From: Verrucomicrobiota bacterium
Lineage (GTDB): Bacteria; Verrucomicrobiota; Verrucomicrobiia; Verrucomicrobiales; DEV007
Length of the DNA: 64,000 bases
Direction: 5' to 3'
NCBI GenBank assembly: GCA_045046875.1
Contig: JASFYY010000030.1
Coordinates: 1-64,000, forward strand
Shown here in pieces: positions 31,413-42,069 of this stretch. Each line of letters starts with the position of its first letter. The stretch's first letter is position 1. The notes beneath the pieces are model-generated. The model saw only the letters and a list, made by a program, of their open reading frames with translations. It searched no databases and was not told the origin of the DNA. The translations under genes were made by a program, and so were the position numbers.

Positions 31413-32540
31413 ATGAATACCCTGTCTCTAAAACCCCTCAAAACCCTAAGCCTGGCTATTGCCGCCTTGGCTCTCATCGCTCCCGGCAAGCTGAGTCTGG
31501 CAAAGGAAACCAAGCCAGGTTTGGCTGCTGACCACCAGCATTTGGATTATTATCTGGATGACAAGGGGAAAGCGCAAACTATAAAAAACCAGGCAGACTG
31601 GCAAAAACGACGCGAGCAGATATTATCAGGTTTTCAGGAAGTGACAGGCGAGTTGCCTGATCGGAAAAACCTGCCTGCACTGGATATTCGCATCAAAAAC
31701 AGCGATGAGCGGGAAAAACACGTGCGCCAGACCATCGACTTCGTTTCAGAAAAGGGTGACCGCACACCGTGTCATTTATATATACCCAAGGGGATAGCCA
31801 AAGGCGAAAAACGTCCCGCCATCGTAGCGCTGCACCCCACCAATGCCATCGGTAAGGACGTGGTCGATGGATTGAGCAAACTGCCGAACCGGGCTTATGC
31901 CAGGGAATTGGCTGATCGGGGATATATCGTGATCGCTCCGGATTACCTGTCCTTTGGCGAGTATTCAGATTATGATTTTAAAAAGGACCGTTATTCGTCC
32001 GGCACGATGAAGGCAATTTGGAATCACATGCGTTGTGTGGATTTGTTGCAAACCCGTGCGGATGTGGATGGAGAAAGGATCGGCACGATTGGCCATTCCC
32101 TCGGCGGACACAACGCCATCTTTCTGGGATTGATGGATCAACGGATTAAAGTGATCGTATCCAGTTGCGGCTGGACACCTTTTCACGATTACAAAGGAGG
32201 GGATATCACAGGATGGACCAGTGATCGTTATATGCCCGACTTACGGGATGTTTACAAATTGAATGTGGACAAAATGCCCTTTGATTTTTACGAGTTGATT
32301 GCCGCTTTAGCTCCAAGAGCTTTTTTCTCTAACTCTCCCTTGTATGATTCTAATTTTGATTACCGGGGAGTAGAAAAAGCAGCACCCGAAATGCGGAAGA
32401 TTTACAACCTTTATGCCGTGCCTGATAACTTACGTATTGCTTATCCTTACTCAGAGCATGATTTCCCGACAGCGGTAAGAGAAGAGTCATATCGTTTCCT
32501 GGATACTCATCTAAAAGCTGAAACCAAGCAGAAGAAATAA
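31413..32540 (+). CDS. Secreted alpha/beta hydrolase (dienelactone hydrolase/esterase-like)
   Basis: GHSLGG nucleophile elbow, HDF; signal peptide from MNTLSLK. Confidence 0.8.
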   Translation: MNTLSLKPLKTLSLAIAALALIAPGKLSLAKETKPGLAADHQHLDYYLDDKGKAQTIKNQADWQKRREQILSGFQEVTGELPDRKNLPALDIRIKNSDEREKHVRQTIDFVSEKGDRTPCHLYIPKGIAKGEKRPAIVALHPTNAIGKDVVDGLSKLPNRAYARELADRGYIVIAPDYLSFGEYSDYDFKKDRYSSGTMKAIWNHMRCVDLLQTRADVDGERIGTIGHSLGGHNAIFLGLMDQRIKVIVSSCGWTPFHDYKGGDITGWTSDRYMPDLRDVYKLNVDKMPFDFYELIAALAPRAFFSNSPLYDSNFDYRGVEKAAPEMRKIYNLYAVPDNLRIAYPYSEHDFPTAVREESYRFLDTHLKAETKQKK

Positions 32541-32546
32541 AGCGAA

Positions 32547-33509
32547 ATGTCAAAACCCAAAGACTTGAGCAAAAACTTGCTGCGTAGTGTATCGCGCTCC
32601 TTTTACCTTTCGATGAAGGTATTGCCGTTGGAGATGCGCCAGCCTGTCAGTCTGGCTTATTTGTTAGCCCGCGCGACGGATACCATTGCGGACACCGCCC
32701 AGGCTTCAGATGAACTGCGTTTGCAGTTGCTGAATACCATCCGCAAAAGAGTCTTTGATAAGGGGCTGGAATCCCCTGACTTTTTCGAGCTTTTGAAAAA
32801 AGAATTTATTCCCCAGCAACAACACGAGGGGGAAAAACTGCTGCTGCAAAGCTTGGCAAATTGTTATCATTGGCTGAATGAAATGGAGCGTGCGGATCAG
32901 TTTTTTGTAACGACAGTATTGGGGCATATAACCAATGGCCAGTTGTGGGATGTCGGGAAATTTGCTTCCAGCCAGGATTCAGCACTGAACTTTGTTGAAA
33001 ACAGCGCCGAACTGGAACAATACACTTATTGGGTCGCCGGCAGTGTGGGAGAGTTCTGGACGGATGTGGGTTTTGCCAATGGCGGACGGCATTTTTCCGA
33101 TGAAGAAAGCGTGCAAATGAAAGAACTGGGAAGACAGTTTGGCAAAGGCTTGCAATTGGTGAATGTGCTGCGCGATGTCGGAGAAGACCTGCGTAACGGC
33201 AGGTGTTATCTGCCTAAAGACGAACTACTCAGTGCGGGTTGGGATGGGGCAGGAAAGCCAGGAGAGAAGGCCCTGCTGGCAGTTCACGGAGAGTGGTTGT
33301 GCAAAAGTCGCGAGTGGATCGGCGCAGGGAAAGACTATGCCAAAAGGGTGAAATCACGTAGGGTTCGCTATGCTACGATTCTTCCGCAACTGATCGCAGA
33401 AAAAACCTTGGATTTGATAGAGAATAGCGGAGGTGAGGTTTTAGAGGAAAAGGTGAAAATCTCTCGTTGGCAGGTCCGCAAGCTGATGCTGAAAGCCTTG
33501 TTTAGTTAA
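32547..33509 (+). CDS. Squalene/phytoene synthase family protein
   Basis: SRSFYLS, YLLARATDTIAD, YTYWVAGSVG, LQLVNVLRD..EDL..GRCYLP. Confidence 0.88.
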   Translation: MSKPKDLSKNLLRSVSRSFYLSMKVLPLEMRQPVSLAYLLARATDTIADTAQASDELRLQLLNTIRKRVFDKGLESPDFFELLKKEFIPQQQHEGEKLLLQSLANCYHWLNEMERADQFFVTTVLGHITNGQLWDVGKFASSQDSALNFVENSAELEQYTYWVAGSVGEFWTDVGFANGGRHFSDEESVQMKELGRQFGKGLQLVNVLRDVGEDLRNGRCYLPKDELLSAGWDGAGKPGEKALLAVHGEWLCKSREWIGAGKDYAKRVKSRRVRYATILPQLIAEKTLDLIENSGGEVLEEKVKISRWQVRKLMLKALFS

Positions 33510-33897
33510 ACTTCCTATGCGTATAATTATCATAGTTAGTCAAAACTGAATTTCAGCTAACCCCCAGCGAGCAAGGAAATTTGTCTCACTCCCGCATCCT
33601 GCTTCACCAAGGCTACGGCGAGGCAAGCCGCAAATAACCGCTAAGGAGCAATGGAAAAGACATCAACGGCATCATAAATGTTGCAATCTCACCCTATCGA
33701 GCCTTACCTTCATGGTGTGCTGCGCGTGATGCTCACCCTTAATCGTTAATGCAAAAATCAAAATAAATCCTCCTAATCCTATTAGTTTACTTGTTGATTC
33801 AATACGATCATCCTGCAATTAGAATTCACTAAACTTATCGATGTTTTTTACGGATTTAAACTGGCTGAAAAAGGGAGTTCTGAACTAGGATTAGAAA

Positions 33898-34263
33898 ATG
33901 TTAGCACAAATTTTTAAGAGCAAATATTTTCAATTTGATTTTCCCGTGGCGATGATTATGCCTTTGAGCTTAAGCTTAAAAGGAGAATTTGGAATTGGTG
34001 TAATATTGTTGGCTCAAATATTTTTTATTTCCCCCAAATTCATTGAACATGAATTTTCTTTTATCGACTCAAAATATATAGAAATATTAAAAATAAAAAA
34101 AATAGGTTTTGTGTTCTGCTGGGTGTATTCGGGGGCGCTTATTGTAATGTTTGTTTTTCTCCACAAAAACATCATCTTCTTCCTGAGTATTGCGTCTGTT
34201 GGAATTCCTATGCTTTTTAGATTTTTATCGAGGAAGAGAGTCAAAATAGATGACAATCAATAG
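33898..34263 (+). CDS. Hypothetical membrane protein in an AT-rich patch
   Basis: 121-aa hydrophobic ORF; start uncertain. Confidence 0.45.
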   Translation: MLAQIFKSKYFQFDFPVAMIMPLSLSLKGEFGIGVILLAQIFFISPKFIEHEFSFIDSKYIEILKIKKIGFVFCWVYSGALIVMFVFLHKNIIFFLSIASVGIPMLFRFLSRKRVKIDDNQ

Positions 34264-34426
34264 CAATCAACGGGACTTACCCGTAGTGTCGAAATGATAT
34301 ATTCTCTCGCAATTAGCTCAATTTGAAAAGGTTTTATAAGTTGTGTCCCATGGCACTGATTCGTTTAGGTCTAGCATGATAGAAACGATGTGAGTAAGAG
34401 TTTGGCTTATCTTTGAAAGACATAAA

Positions 34427-34705
34427 ATGGAAAATGAAATTACTAAACGGCGGACAAAGTGGAAGTATGTTTTTGGAATTTCAGTGTTATTTCAGTGCGG
34501 CTTACTGCTTGGATTATATGGCATTTATTTAGGAGGCCAGGTTAGCTTATCGGGGCTTACTCCTACTACTTCTGATGAAGGAAAAGAAATGATCAAAGGC
34601 GGAATGGATATTGCCTTGCAGTCTCTGCTAGCAGGTATAACATCCTTCTCAGCAGGAAGTTTCCTTATGATATTATCAAGACATAAGTTAGAGGAAACCA
34701 AATAA
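34427..34705 (+). CDS. Hypothetical two-TM membrane protein
   Basis: 92 aa, two hydrophobic helices. Confidence 0.55.
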   Translation: MENEITKRRTKWKYVFGISVLFQCGLLLGLYGIYLGGQVSLSGLTPTTSDEGKEMIKGGMDIALQSLLAGITSFSAGSFLMILSRHKLEETK

Positions 34706-34849
34706 ACTAATCCCAATGCGTAGTTGTTACCACTCGATTTGACACCAAAACCCGCATTGTGTCCTGAAAATACGTCCACACATAACACTTGGTGTAAACC
34801 TTCATCCTCTTATTGTAAGATCATTGAATGAAATTTAGCAGGAGTATAT

Positions 34850-35728
34850 TTATTTTTTCTTTTCGACCTCGACCGGTTTGGCTTTTAATCCTCCGATGGG
34901 GGTTGCATAAACCCCTAAAAGGTTGCCGACAAAACGCTCCCGCCCATCGGCAGGGTAGTTGAGCAAGCGGTAGCCACCTCTGCCATCATCCATAGCCAGA
35001 GTGGATGAGCCTCCGCCATCCAGATTGCAGCCTTGCCAGGCGCCAAAACGAATCAGCCACAAAGCGGTATGATACAGATTCGCGCCTTTGCTGCGGAAGA
35101 GGCTTCTGCCGTCAATAACCACAAAAATAAGATAACGGCCGTCTTTTGAAAATCCGGCTGCGGTGCGGGGTTCCTTTTTTTCGTCGGGCTTGCGCGTGGG
35201 TTTCCCGTTTTCCAACAGAGTATTACCGGCAAAAGCAAATTGCAGGGAGTTGACCGCTTTTGGTGCGCGGTCAACGAAATAAGGACGGTTGTCCTTTGAA
35301 ACAGCGAGTCCTACGGGTCGGGTAGCGGACCAGGGCGACACTAATTCCCCCTGCGCCACCGCCAGGCCGGACAAGTCTTTGCCTTCACCTCCAGGACCAA
35401 AACAACAGGGATCAAAAAAAGATGTATTCACCACCAATTGTAATTGGTGTTTTTTTAGGAAATCACCAGCACGGGTAGAAGCCGTTTCTTTTGCTTTAGC
35501 CCCATTCGATGGGGTGGCAAAAAAATGAACCCCCGACGCTTGCAGGTCAATACGCACCGCAACCGTTTTCTGTAAATCGCGCTCATTCCTCAGACTTCCA
35601 CGGGAAATCTCTATTCCTTGAAAAATAGGCGACCATTCCGGCGCATCAGCACCATCCAAAGTGATCGGCTTTTGCGCATGCAAAGCCGAAGTGAACAATA
35701 GAATCAGACTTGTGAGATAATATCGCAT
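34850..35728 (-). CDS. Phosphodiester glycosidase (NAGPA) family protein
   Basis: PRTAAG, VVIDGR, NLDGGGSS. Confidence 0.85.
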   Translation of the reverse strand: MRYYLTSLILLFTSALHAQKPITLDGADAPEWSPIFQGIEISRGSLRNERDLQKTVAVRIDLQASGVHFFATPSNGAKAKETASTRAGDFLKKHQLQLVVNTSFFDPCCFGPGGEGKDLSGLAVAQGELVSPWSATRPVGLAVSKDNRPYFVDRAPKAVNSLQFAFAGNTLLENGKPTRKPDEKKEPRTAAGFSKDGRYLIFVVIDGRSLFRSKGANLYHTALWLIRFGAWQGCNLDGGGSSTLAMDDGRGGYRLLNYPADGRERFVGNLLGVYATPIGGLKAKPVEVEKKK

Positions 35729-35773
35729 GGGGGAACTGTATATAGGACGTAAGGGGCACCGCAAAAGTTTTTT

Positions 35774-36655
35774 TTAACGACGGTCGGATACCCTTTTCCC
35801 TGGAGCAAGTTTAGATTTGATGATACCTCCACTCGCGGTGCGTTCCCCCTCAGTGAACCAGGTGGCAATGTCCTGTTTGACGGCAAAGGCGCTTCTGTAT
35901 TGCCCATTCACAGCACTGTCTGAAATCACTTTGCCGGCACGGTCGATCAAAACAAGGCTAGGGGTTCCCCTGGGCGCATATTTTTTCACCAACCTCTCTC
36001 GATTCGAATCCGAATAACTGATGGCAGGCCAGGGCATTTTTGATTTAATCATGTAATTTTCCATTTCAGCTTTACTGTTGTCCCGGCTAATAAATACAAT
36101 CTCAAACTTAGGTTTGGCGAAGTCAATGTTGAGACGATAGTATTCCCTCAGACGAGGGGTGAACTGGGCACATGCGTGACACCATGATGCGGCAAAATAC
36201 AAAGCATAATAATCAGGAGCCTTTTCTGTTTTGTGTTTTTGCACACGCGGGCCATTAACCATCACTAATTTTGAGCTTAAGCTCGAAATAATAGCGATGG
36301 CATTGCCCGAAGGAGGTGGCAAATTGTCTTTTTTGGGCTCATTTTTCAGGGCCTCTTTTGTTGCTGGCTTTTTCCCCGTGGCCCGGTTGCTCAGATCTGA
36401 AAACTTAAGAAAATGTTGGTCGGATGGAGAAAACCGGGAAAGGGGAATTTCGTGGAGCTTACCCGTGCGTTTCAAGCGTAAAACTACCGTTTTATTATTA
36501 CCTGAAGTTTTCATATCTACAAAATCCCCCTCGACCCTTACCCCTTGAATAGTTTCAAATACCCGGGCGTAAGATGAGCTGGAAGCTGTCCAGAACAGCA
36601 GTTGCAGTAAGAATATTACATTGAAGATACGAGTCATGCTTATCAACATGAGCAA
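35774..36655 (-). CDS. Secreted thioredoxin-like (nucleoredoxin-type) protein with N-terminal SHD1-like domain
   Basis: LYFAASWCHACAQFTP, FEIVFIS.D, MPWPAI, GTPSLVL. Confidence 0.8.
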   Translation of the reverse strand: MLMLISMTRIFNVIFLLQLLFWTASSSSYARVFETIQGVRVEGDFVDMKTSGNNKTVVLRLKRTGKLHEIPLSRFSPSDQHFLKFSDLSNRATGKKPATKEALKNEPKKDNLPPPSGNAIAIISSLSSKLVMVNGPRVQKHKTEKAPDYYALYFAASWCHACAQFTPRLREYYRLNIDFAKPKFEIVFISRDNSKAEMENYMIKSKMPWPAISYSDSNRERLVKKYAPRGTPSLVLIDRAGKVISDSAVNGQYRSAFAVKQDIATWFTEGERTASGGIIKSKLAPGKRVSDRR

Positions 36656-36669
36656 AATTTACCGGCTCG

Positions 36670-37449
36670 TCAAGCTCGATCAAGGTGAACATATCCGCCA
36701 TCCACATGGATCAACTGCCCGGTGGTGTGGCTGCTGCGGTTTGATAATAAAAACACGGCGCTATCAGCTATTTCCTGCACTTCGGTCATGCGCTGACCAA
36801 GAGGGATGCGTGCCTCTATTTTTTCCTTGGCCTGAGCAGAATCATCCTGGGCGTTCAACCAATCATCATACATGTCCGTCCAGACTTCGGCGGGCATTAT
36901 GGAATTAACTCTGATATGGTCTTTAGCTAAATCCAGTGCCCATTCACGGGTGAGTGCGGCCAGGCCTCCTTTAGCTGCTGCGTATCCAGAAGTGCCGCCT
37001 TGTCCGGTGAGAGCAACTTTGGAGCCCATATTCACAACCGCGCTTCCATGGTTTTTTTTCAAATAAGGCAAGCTGTAATGGAGCAGGGAAAAAGCGTGCA
37101 CCAAGTTGCTTTCCAAAGAAAGTCGGAACTCTGCAGGGGAAGCGTCGATGCCCACTCGGTCATTCACCCCGGCATTGTTAACAATGCCGTCAATCCTATC
37201 AAAACAGGCGTAGGTGGTATCCACCGCTTTGCGAACCAGCTGTTCGTCCGTGATGTCTATTTCGAAATATAGATCGTTTTTATGTTCAATGGCGAGTTCA
37301 TCCATCAGCTCGCTACAGTCGGCAAAAGGTTTGCGATCCAGGATCACAGGGATCGCTCCTTCGATGGCGAGGGTTCGCACGATGGCTTCACCGATTCCGC
37401 TAGCGCCACCGCTGACGATGATCACTTTCCCTTGCAATCCTAAGTCCAT
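36670..37449 (-). CDS. SDR oxidoreductase, L-fucose dehydrogenase-like
   Basis: GGASGIG, NNAGVND, GGTSGYAAAKG, LTREWA, DGGYVHLDRA. Confidence 0.75.
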   Translation of the reverse strand: MDLGLQGKVIIVSGGASGIGEAIVRTLAIEGAIPVILDRKPFADCSELMDELAIEHKNDLYFEIDITDEQLVRKAVDTTYACFDRIDGIVNNAGVNDRVGIDASPAEFRLSLESNLVHAFSLLHYSLPYLKKNHGSAVVNMGSKVALTGQGGTSGYAAAKGGLAALTREWALDLAKDHIRVNSIMPAEVWTDMYDDWLNAQDDSAQAKEKIEARIPLGQRMTEVQEIADSAVFLLSNRSSHTTGQLIHVDGGYVHLDRA

Positions 37450-37475
37450 ATTTCCGAAATTTTTTTACCCTTTGT

Positions 37476-38270
37476 TCAGCTGATACCCAGCACCAGATCC
37501 ATTCTTTGCACCACTTCTTTTAAGCGTTTCAGGTCTCCTCCTTGCACCTCCGCAGTTGCCCATCCATGAAAACCAATCTCGTTGAGCGCTTTACGCACAT
37601 CCGGCCAATCCACATTGCCCTCGGTTAAATTGCAGTTTTTGCTTTTGGCGTGATCCCTATCTTTGATGTCAATTTTAGAAATACGCGTATTCAAAGCCCG
37701 TATCCATACGGCAGCGCCGCCTTCTTTTTGATCGAAGTTGCCAATATCAAAAAAAGCTCCTACCAGCGGGCTGTTAAATTGATCAATGAATTTTTTCCAC
37801 AAATCGATGGTTTCAGCAAAACCGTTTTTGACATTTTCACACTGAATGCGAACGCCCAAACGCCCTGCTGTAGGTAAGGCTTTTTGTATTTGCTCCGTGG
37901 AGCGTTGCCACATTTGCTGGTGATTTTCCGTTTTGGGGTCCGTCACCTTGCCCACCACCGAAAGCACGGTGGAGGCCCCCACATCACTGGCAAATTCCAT
38001 CGCCCCGGTTAAATTTTTCAATGCGGCTTCACGCACCGCGGGGTCAGCGTCTGAGAGTCTAACCTTCCAGTGATCCCATACATTGACATTATGGACAGGG
38101 AGCCCCGTTTTATCCTGGGCTGCCCAGACTTCTTTGGTCGGAAATTGACCCGGACCAAACAAACTGATGCCGTCAAAACCAGCATCGATACTCATCTTGA
38201 ATTTATCCATCACCGAAAGATCTTTCGGCTGGATCATGGTCACTTTAACGGCTTTGAGGATTTGTGGCAT
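37476..38270 (-). CDS. Sugar phosphate isomerase/epimerase (AP endonuclease 2 TIM barrel)
   Basis: ENV, FDIGN, IKD, TAE metal-ligand pattern. Confidence 0.78.
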   Translation of the reverse strand: MPQILKAVKVTMIQPKDLSVMDKFKMSIDAGFDGISLFGPGQFPTKEVWAAQDKTGLPVHNVNVWDHWKVRLSDADPAVREAALKNLTGAMEFASDVGASTVLSVVGKVTDPKTENHQQMWQRSTEQIQKALPTAGRLGVRIQCENVKNGFAETIDLWKKFIDQFNSPLVGAFFDIGNFDQKEGGAAVWIRALNTRISKIDIKDRDHAKSKNCNLTEGNVDWPDVRKALNEIGFHGWATAEVQGGDLKRLKEVVQRMDLVLGIS

Positions 38271-38379
38271 AAAGGGGTGGGGACTGGTATTTTAGCATTT
38301 TAAGCTACGCGTTTAAAAATTAACCGAGAATTGCGCTGATAGCACGGATAATTTTTTAAATAGCTTTTTAGCCGCACGG

Positions 38380-39546
38380 CTAAGATTGGATTTCCAGATT
38401 CAAGGCCCATTTGAGCAAGTTATGCGAGCTTTTCCAGATGTAAGTACTAGAGCTGCCAATGATCACTACGATGCGATCCTGGCCATCCTTGTGCGCGCTG
38501 GAAATCAGGCATTTACCGCTGGCCCGGGTGTAGCCGGTTTTCATGCCATTGCAGAGGGGAAAATCACGCAATACACGGTTGGTATTAATAAGCGTGCGCT
38601 TTTTGCCATTGCTGAAATTAAAATCACAGCTTTTGATTTTGACCAAGTCTCGGATCACCGGTTCGTGATAGGCTTCGAAAGCGAGCAGCGCCATGTCGTG
38701 CGCGGTGGAATATTGCCTCTTGTCGGGCAAGCCGTGCGGATTGGTGAAATGGGAATTGGTCATACCCAAGAGCAGCGCAAACTCATTCATTTTAACGCTG
38801 AAAGCATCCACACTACCCGCCTGGTCGATCGCCAGACATTCGGCGATGTCGTTGCCGCTACGAACCAGCAGACCTTTTAATAACTCCCGCCGGGTGTAAT
38901 GCTGGCCAGGTTTGATGCCAATAACGGTGGGCTCGACTTTGGCGATCTCGGGAGTCACCAGAACTTTTTTATCCAAATCTCCATTGCGGATCACCAACAG
39001 AGCGGTCAAAAGTTTTTGCGTACTGGCAACCGGTGTTTTTTTGTCAGCGTTTTTCAAATGATAAAATTGCCCGGTTTTGCCATCGATAATGGCCACGTAT
39101 TTGCCCTTCACACTCGGCGTTTTGGGACCATTCCAGGCGTGGGGTGGGGGAAGCTTCTCACGGCGCTTGATATAGTTTTCGCGAGATTCAAGAATGGACT
39201 CTCGATCCAGCAGGGCTTTTTCACGCTCGCTGATTGCCTTTTCCCGTTCGGCCAGGGCTTTTTCACGCTTGAGAACAGCCTGGGTGCGTGCTGATAAATT
39301 ATCAGCAATACGCTCCAGCATATCCTTCTGCTCTTTTTTGGGATCAACAGGATCGTCACTGATAACCACTTGCGCAGATTTGGGTCGTGCAGTCGCCGGC
39401 AGATCAATCGGAGCCTTTTTTCCCGCTGGGGTCGCCGACGCGTTGGTTTGCGCCCAAATACCGGAAGTTTGCAAACAGATCACAACGGAAAGGGCCAGCA
39501 ACCAGCTGGAAAAAAAACATCGTTGTGTTGTGTTATTGGAAATCAT
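38380..39546 (-). CDS. D-Ala-D-Ala carboxypeptidase (peptidase S11) with N-terminal coiled coil
   Basis: ASTQK (SxxK), SGND (SxN), KTG; REKAL heptad-like repeats. Confidence 0.88.
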   Translation of the reverse strand: MISNNTTQRCFFSSWLLALSVVICLQTSGIWAQTNASATPAGKKAPIDLPATARPKSAQVVISDDPVDPKKEQKDMLERIADNLSARTQAVLKREKALAEREKAISEREKALLDRESILESRENYIKRREKLPPPHAWNGPKTPSVKGKYVAIIDGKTGQFYHLKNADKKTPVASTQKLLTALLVIRNGDLDKKVLVTPEIAKVEPTVIGIKPGQHYTRRELLKGLLVRSGNDIAECLAIDQAGSVDAFSVKMNEFALLLGMTNSHFTNPHGLPDKRQYSTAHDMALLAFEAYHEPVIRDLVKIKSCDFNFSNGKKRTLINTNRVLRDFPLCNGMKTGYTRASGKCLISSAHKDGQDRIVVIIGSSSTYIWKSSHNLLKWALNLEIQS

Positions 39547-39702
39547 TGATTTGAAAAATCCACCCTTCGAATCTTTTAGGATGAAAGATTACGATGACAT
39601 CATAGCCTCGGATCAGGCATTCGTCACCACAAGATATCGGTGCAAAATAAGATCCCGTGATCGTGTATTTGACGATTCATTCGGCGGGTATTCTATTGCA
39701 AC

Positions 39703-41304
39703 ATGTCTCGCACATCATATAGCTATTTGATTCTGGCGGTTTTTTTTCTGGTTGGTTTTTTCTTACCAGGAATGGTTTTCTCAAAAAACAAACCGCCCAA
39801 TATTCTCGTTATTCTGACGGATGACCATCGCTGGGACGCATTGGGATTTTTGGGACACCCTTTTCTTAAAACTCCCAATCTTGACCGCATCGCAAAGGAG
39901 GGCATTCATTTTTCCAATGCTTTTGTCACCACGTCACTGTGCTCACCCAGCCGCGCATCGATCTTCACAGGGCGTTACGCTCACAACCACCGGGTGGTTG
40001 ATAATTACAATCCACTGCCAAAAGGGCTGATCTACTTTCCCCAGTATCTGCAAAAAGCAGGTTACGAAACCGCGTTCATCGGCAAGTGGCATATGGGCGG
40101 TGAAGTGGATGATCCGCAGCCTGGCTTTGATCATTGGATCAGTTTCAAAGGGCAGGGGGTGTATTTTGATGATCCGGAGCAGGCCAAAGTGAAGGGGCGT
40201 TATGTGCCGCAGGCGGTCAATGATGGTTATAATGTTGATGGCAAACGCAGGCCACAAAAAAAATACATCACTGATGAGCTCACCCGTTTTGCGCTCGATT
40301 GGTTGAAAGAGCGACCACCTGGCGAAGACAATCCGCCGTGGCTGTTATATTTGTCCCATAAAGCCGTGCACGCTGATTTCATCCCCGCCAATCGCCATGC
40401 CTTCCAGTATGAAAAACAAGAGTGGACGGCACCGCAATCGTGGTTTGATAATCCCTCAGCTTTTCGTGATGTGCCTATGTGGGTACAAAATCAGCGCAAC
40501 AGCAGGCATGGGGTTCAGTTTGCTTATTATGGCGACCTCGATCTCGCCACTTACTACCGTAGATATTGTGAAACCTTACTGGCGGTGGATGAAACAACAG
40601 GAACTCTGATGGATACCTTGCGACAACGTGGTGAGCTTGATGATACTGTTATTTTGTATCTCGGTGACAATGGATTTTTATTCGGCGAGCACGGACTGAT
40701 CGATAAACGTTGCGCTTATGAGGATTCGATTCGCATCCCGATGCTGATGCGCGCCCCGATGTTCAGCAAGGGCGGACGCACGATCGAACAAGTGGTCGCC
40801 AACATCGACATCGCGCCCACTTTACTCGACGTGGCGGGCATCAAAACTCCAGAACAAATGGACGGCCGTAGCTTTTTGCCGCTGGTGAAAGGGGAGCCAA
40901 GCGAATGGCGGGATTATCTGTTATACGAATATTACTGGGAGCGGAACTACCCCCAGACCCCGACGATGCACGCGCTGCGTGGGGACCGCTTCAAGTATGT
41001 GCGTTATCATGGCATCTGGGATGTGGATGAACTTTACGATCTCATCGCCGACCCGAAAGAGAGCACCAATCTGATCAATGACCCTGAATACGCTGACACA
41101 GTGAAACAACTTAATCACCGCCTGTTTGAAATTCTTGAAGAGACCGGAGGCAAATCCATGCCGGTATTAAATGATCACGGCACCAAATTCCTCCACCGTA
41201 AAAAAGGAGGCACGCCAGCCGCTGAGTTTCCTAATTGGTTCGAACGTCAGCCGGATTCGCCGCGAGGTAAAAAAACTAAAGACGTAAAAAAAACGGCAAA
41301 TTAA
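39703..41304 (+). CDS. Formylglycine-dependent sulfatase (S1)
   Basis: NILVILTDD, CSPSRAS, GKWHMG, DNG. Confidence 0.93.
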   Translation: MSRTSYSYLILAVFFLVGFFLPGMVFSKNKPPNILVILTDDHRWDALGFLGHPFLKTPNLDRIAKEGIHFSNAFVTTSLCSPSRASIFTGRYAHNHRVVDNYNPLPKGLIYFPQYLQKAGYETAFIGKWHMGGEVDDPQPGFDHWISFKGQGVYFDDPEQAKVKGRYVPQAVNDGYNVDGKRRPQKKYITDELTRFALDWLKERPPGEDNPPWLLYLSHKAVHADFIPANRHAFQYEKQEWTAPQSWFDNPSAFRDVPMWVQNQRNSRHGVQFAYYGDLDLATYYRRYCETLLAVDETTGTLMDTLRQRGELDDTVILYLGDNGFLFGEHGLIDKRCAYEDSIRIPMLMRAPMFSKGGRTIEQVVANIDIAPTLLDVAGIKTPEQMDGRSFLPLVKGEPSEWRDYLLYEYYWERNYPQTPTMHALRGDRFKYVRYHGIWDVDELYDLIADPKESTNLINDPEYADTVKQLNHRLFEILEETGGKSMPVLNDHGTKFLHRKKGGTPAAEFPNWFERQPDSPRGKKTKDVKKTAN

Positions 41305-41343
41305 TTCAATCAGGAATTTGCACAAAACTTTCCAATCGCTTTA

Positions 41344-42069
41344 TCAGACTTCGCAAGCAGGGGAATTCTGGATCGTTTTGTCGTGCTTGATTTTGCCCAA
41401 TTCCAAACGGTTGATGGTGAAACTGTATAACTTAAGCGGTACAAAAAACAGGATGAAGAGCGTAATAATAGACAAAAATACTCTCCAATCACCGAATTCT
41501 AGGAGGTTACCGTTTTCACTTTCAAAAAGGTGATCCGACATGAGGCCGTAGTAGTCAAACAGGGCAGCAATCAATACGAACAACTGAAGCGCCATGATAG
41601 CAAAGGGCCATCGGCCGATCACATTCTTAAAACTATCGACAGAAAGTCCTTCGCGTCGGAGAAAAAACGATACCAGTGACATGTATAGCGGAAGGCCGAT
41701 CAACATGACAAAAAGCATGCTGATTGGAGATTTGAAGTCGGGCATGAAACTGTCAAGAAACAGTGAAACTCGGCCAACCGACATCACCATGGCAAAAAAG
41801 GTAAAGATGCCAATCAGTCGTCGAAAGTTAGCTTCCGTTTTTTTACGCAAAAGCTGATAGCCATAATGAAAAGCCAAAATTCCGGGGCTGAGTTTCAGAA
41901 TGAAAGAAGAGAACACAGTTAGATAACTCCAGAGCCCGTATCTAGGCGAATAATAATCGGAGCTCAATTCCGCTGCCGCTAGAGTCCAAACAGCGCAATA
42001 CCAAACTCCGAAAATCATCGCCGCAAGAGCAAGCAGATTGCTGAATTTGATGCCTTTGAGGTATTTCAT
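41344..42069 (-). CDS. Hypothetical multi-TM membrane protein
   Basis: 241 aa, about six hydrophobic segments; ATGA overlap with the upstream ORF. Confidence 0.6.
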   Translation of the reverse strand: MKYLKGIKFSNLLALAAMIFGVWYCAVWTLAAAELSSDYYSPRYGLWSYLTVFSSFILKLSPGILAFHYGYQLLRKKTEANFRRLIGIFTFFAMVMSVGRVSLFLDSFMPDFKSPISMLFVMLIGLPLYMSLVSFFLRREGLSVDSFKNVIGRWPFAIMALQLFVLIAALFDYYGLMSDHLFESENGNLLEFGDWRVFLSIITLFILFFVPLKLYSFTINRLELGKIKHDKTIQNSPACEV

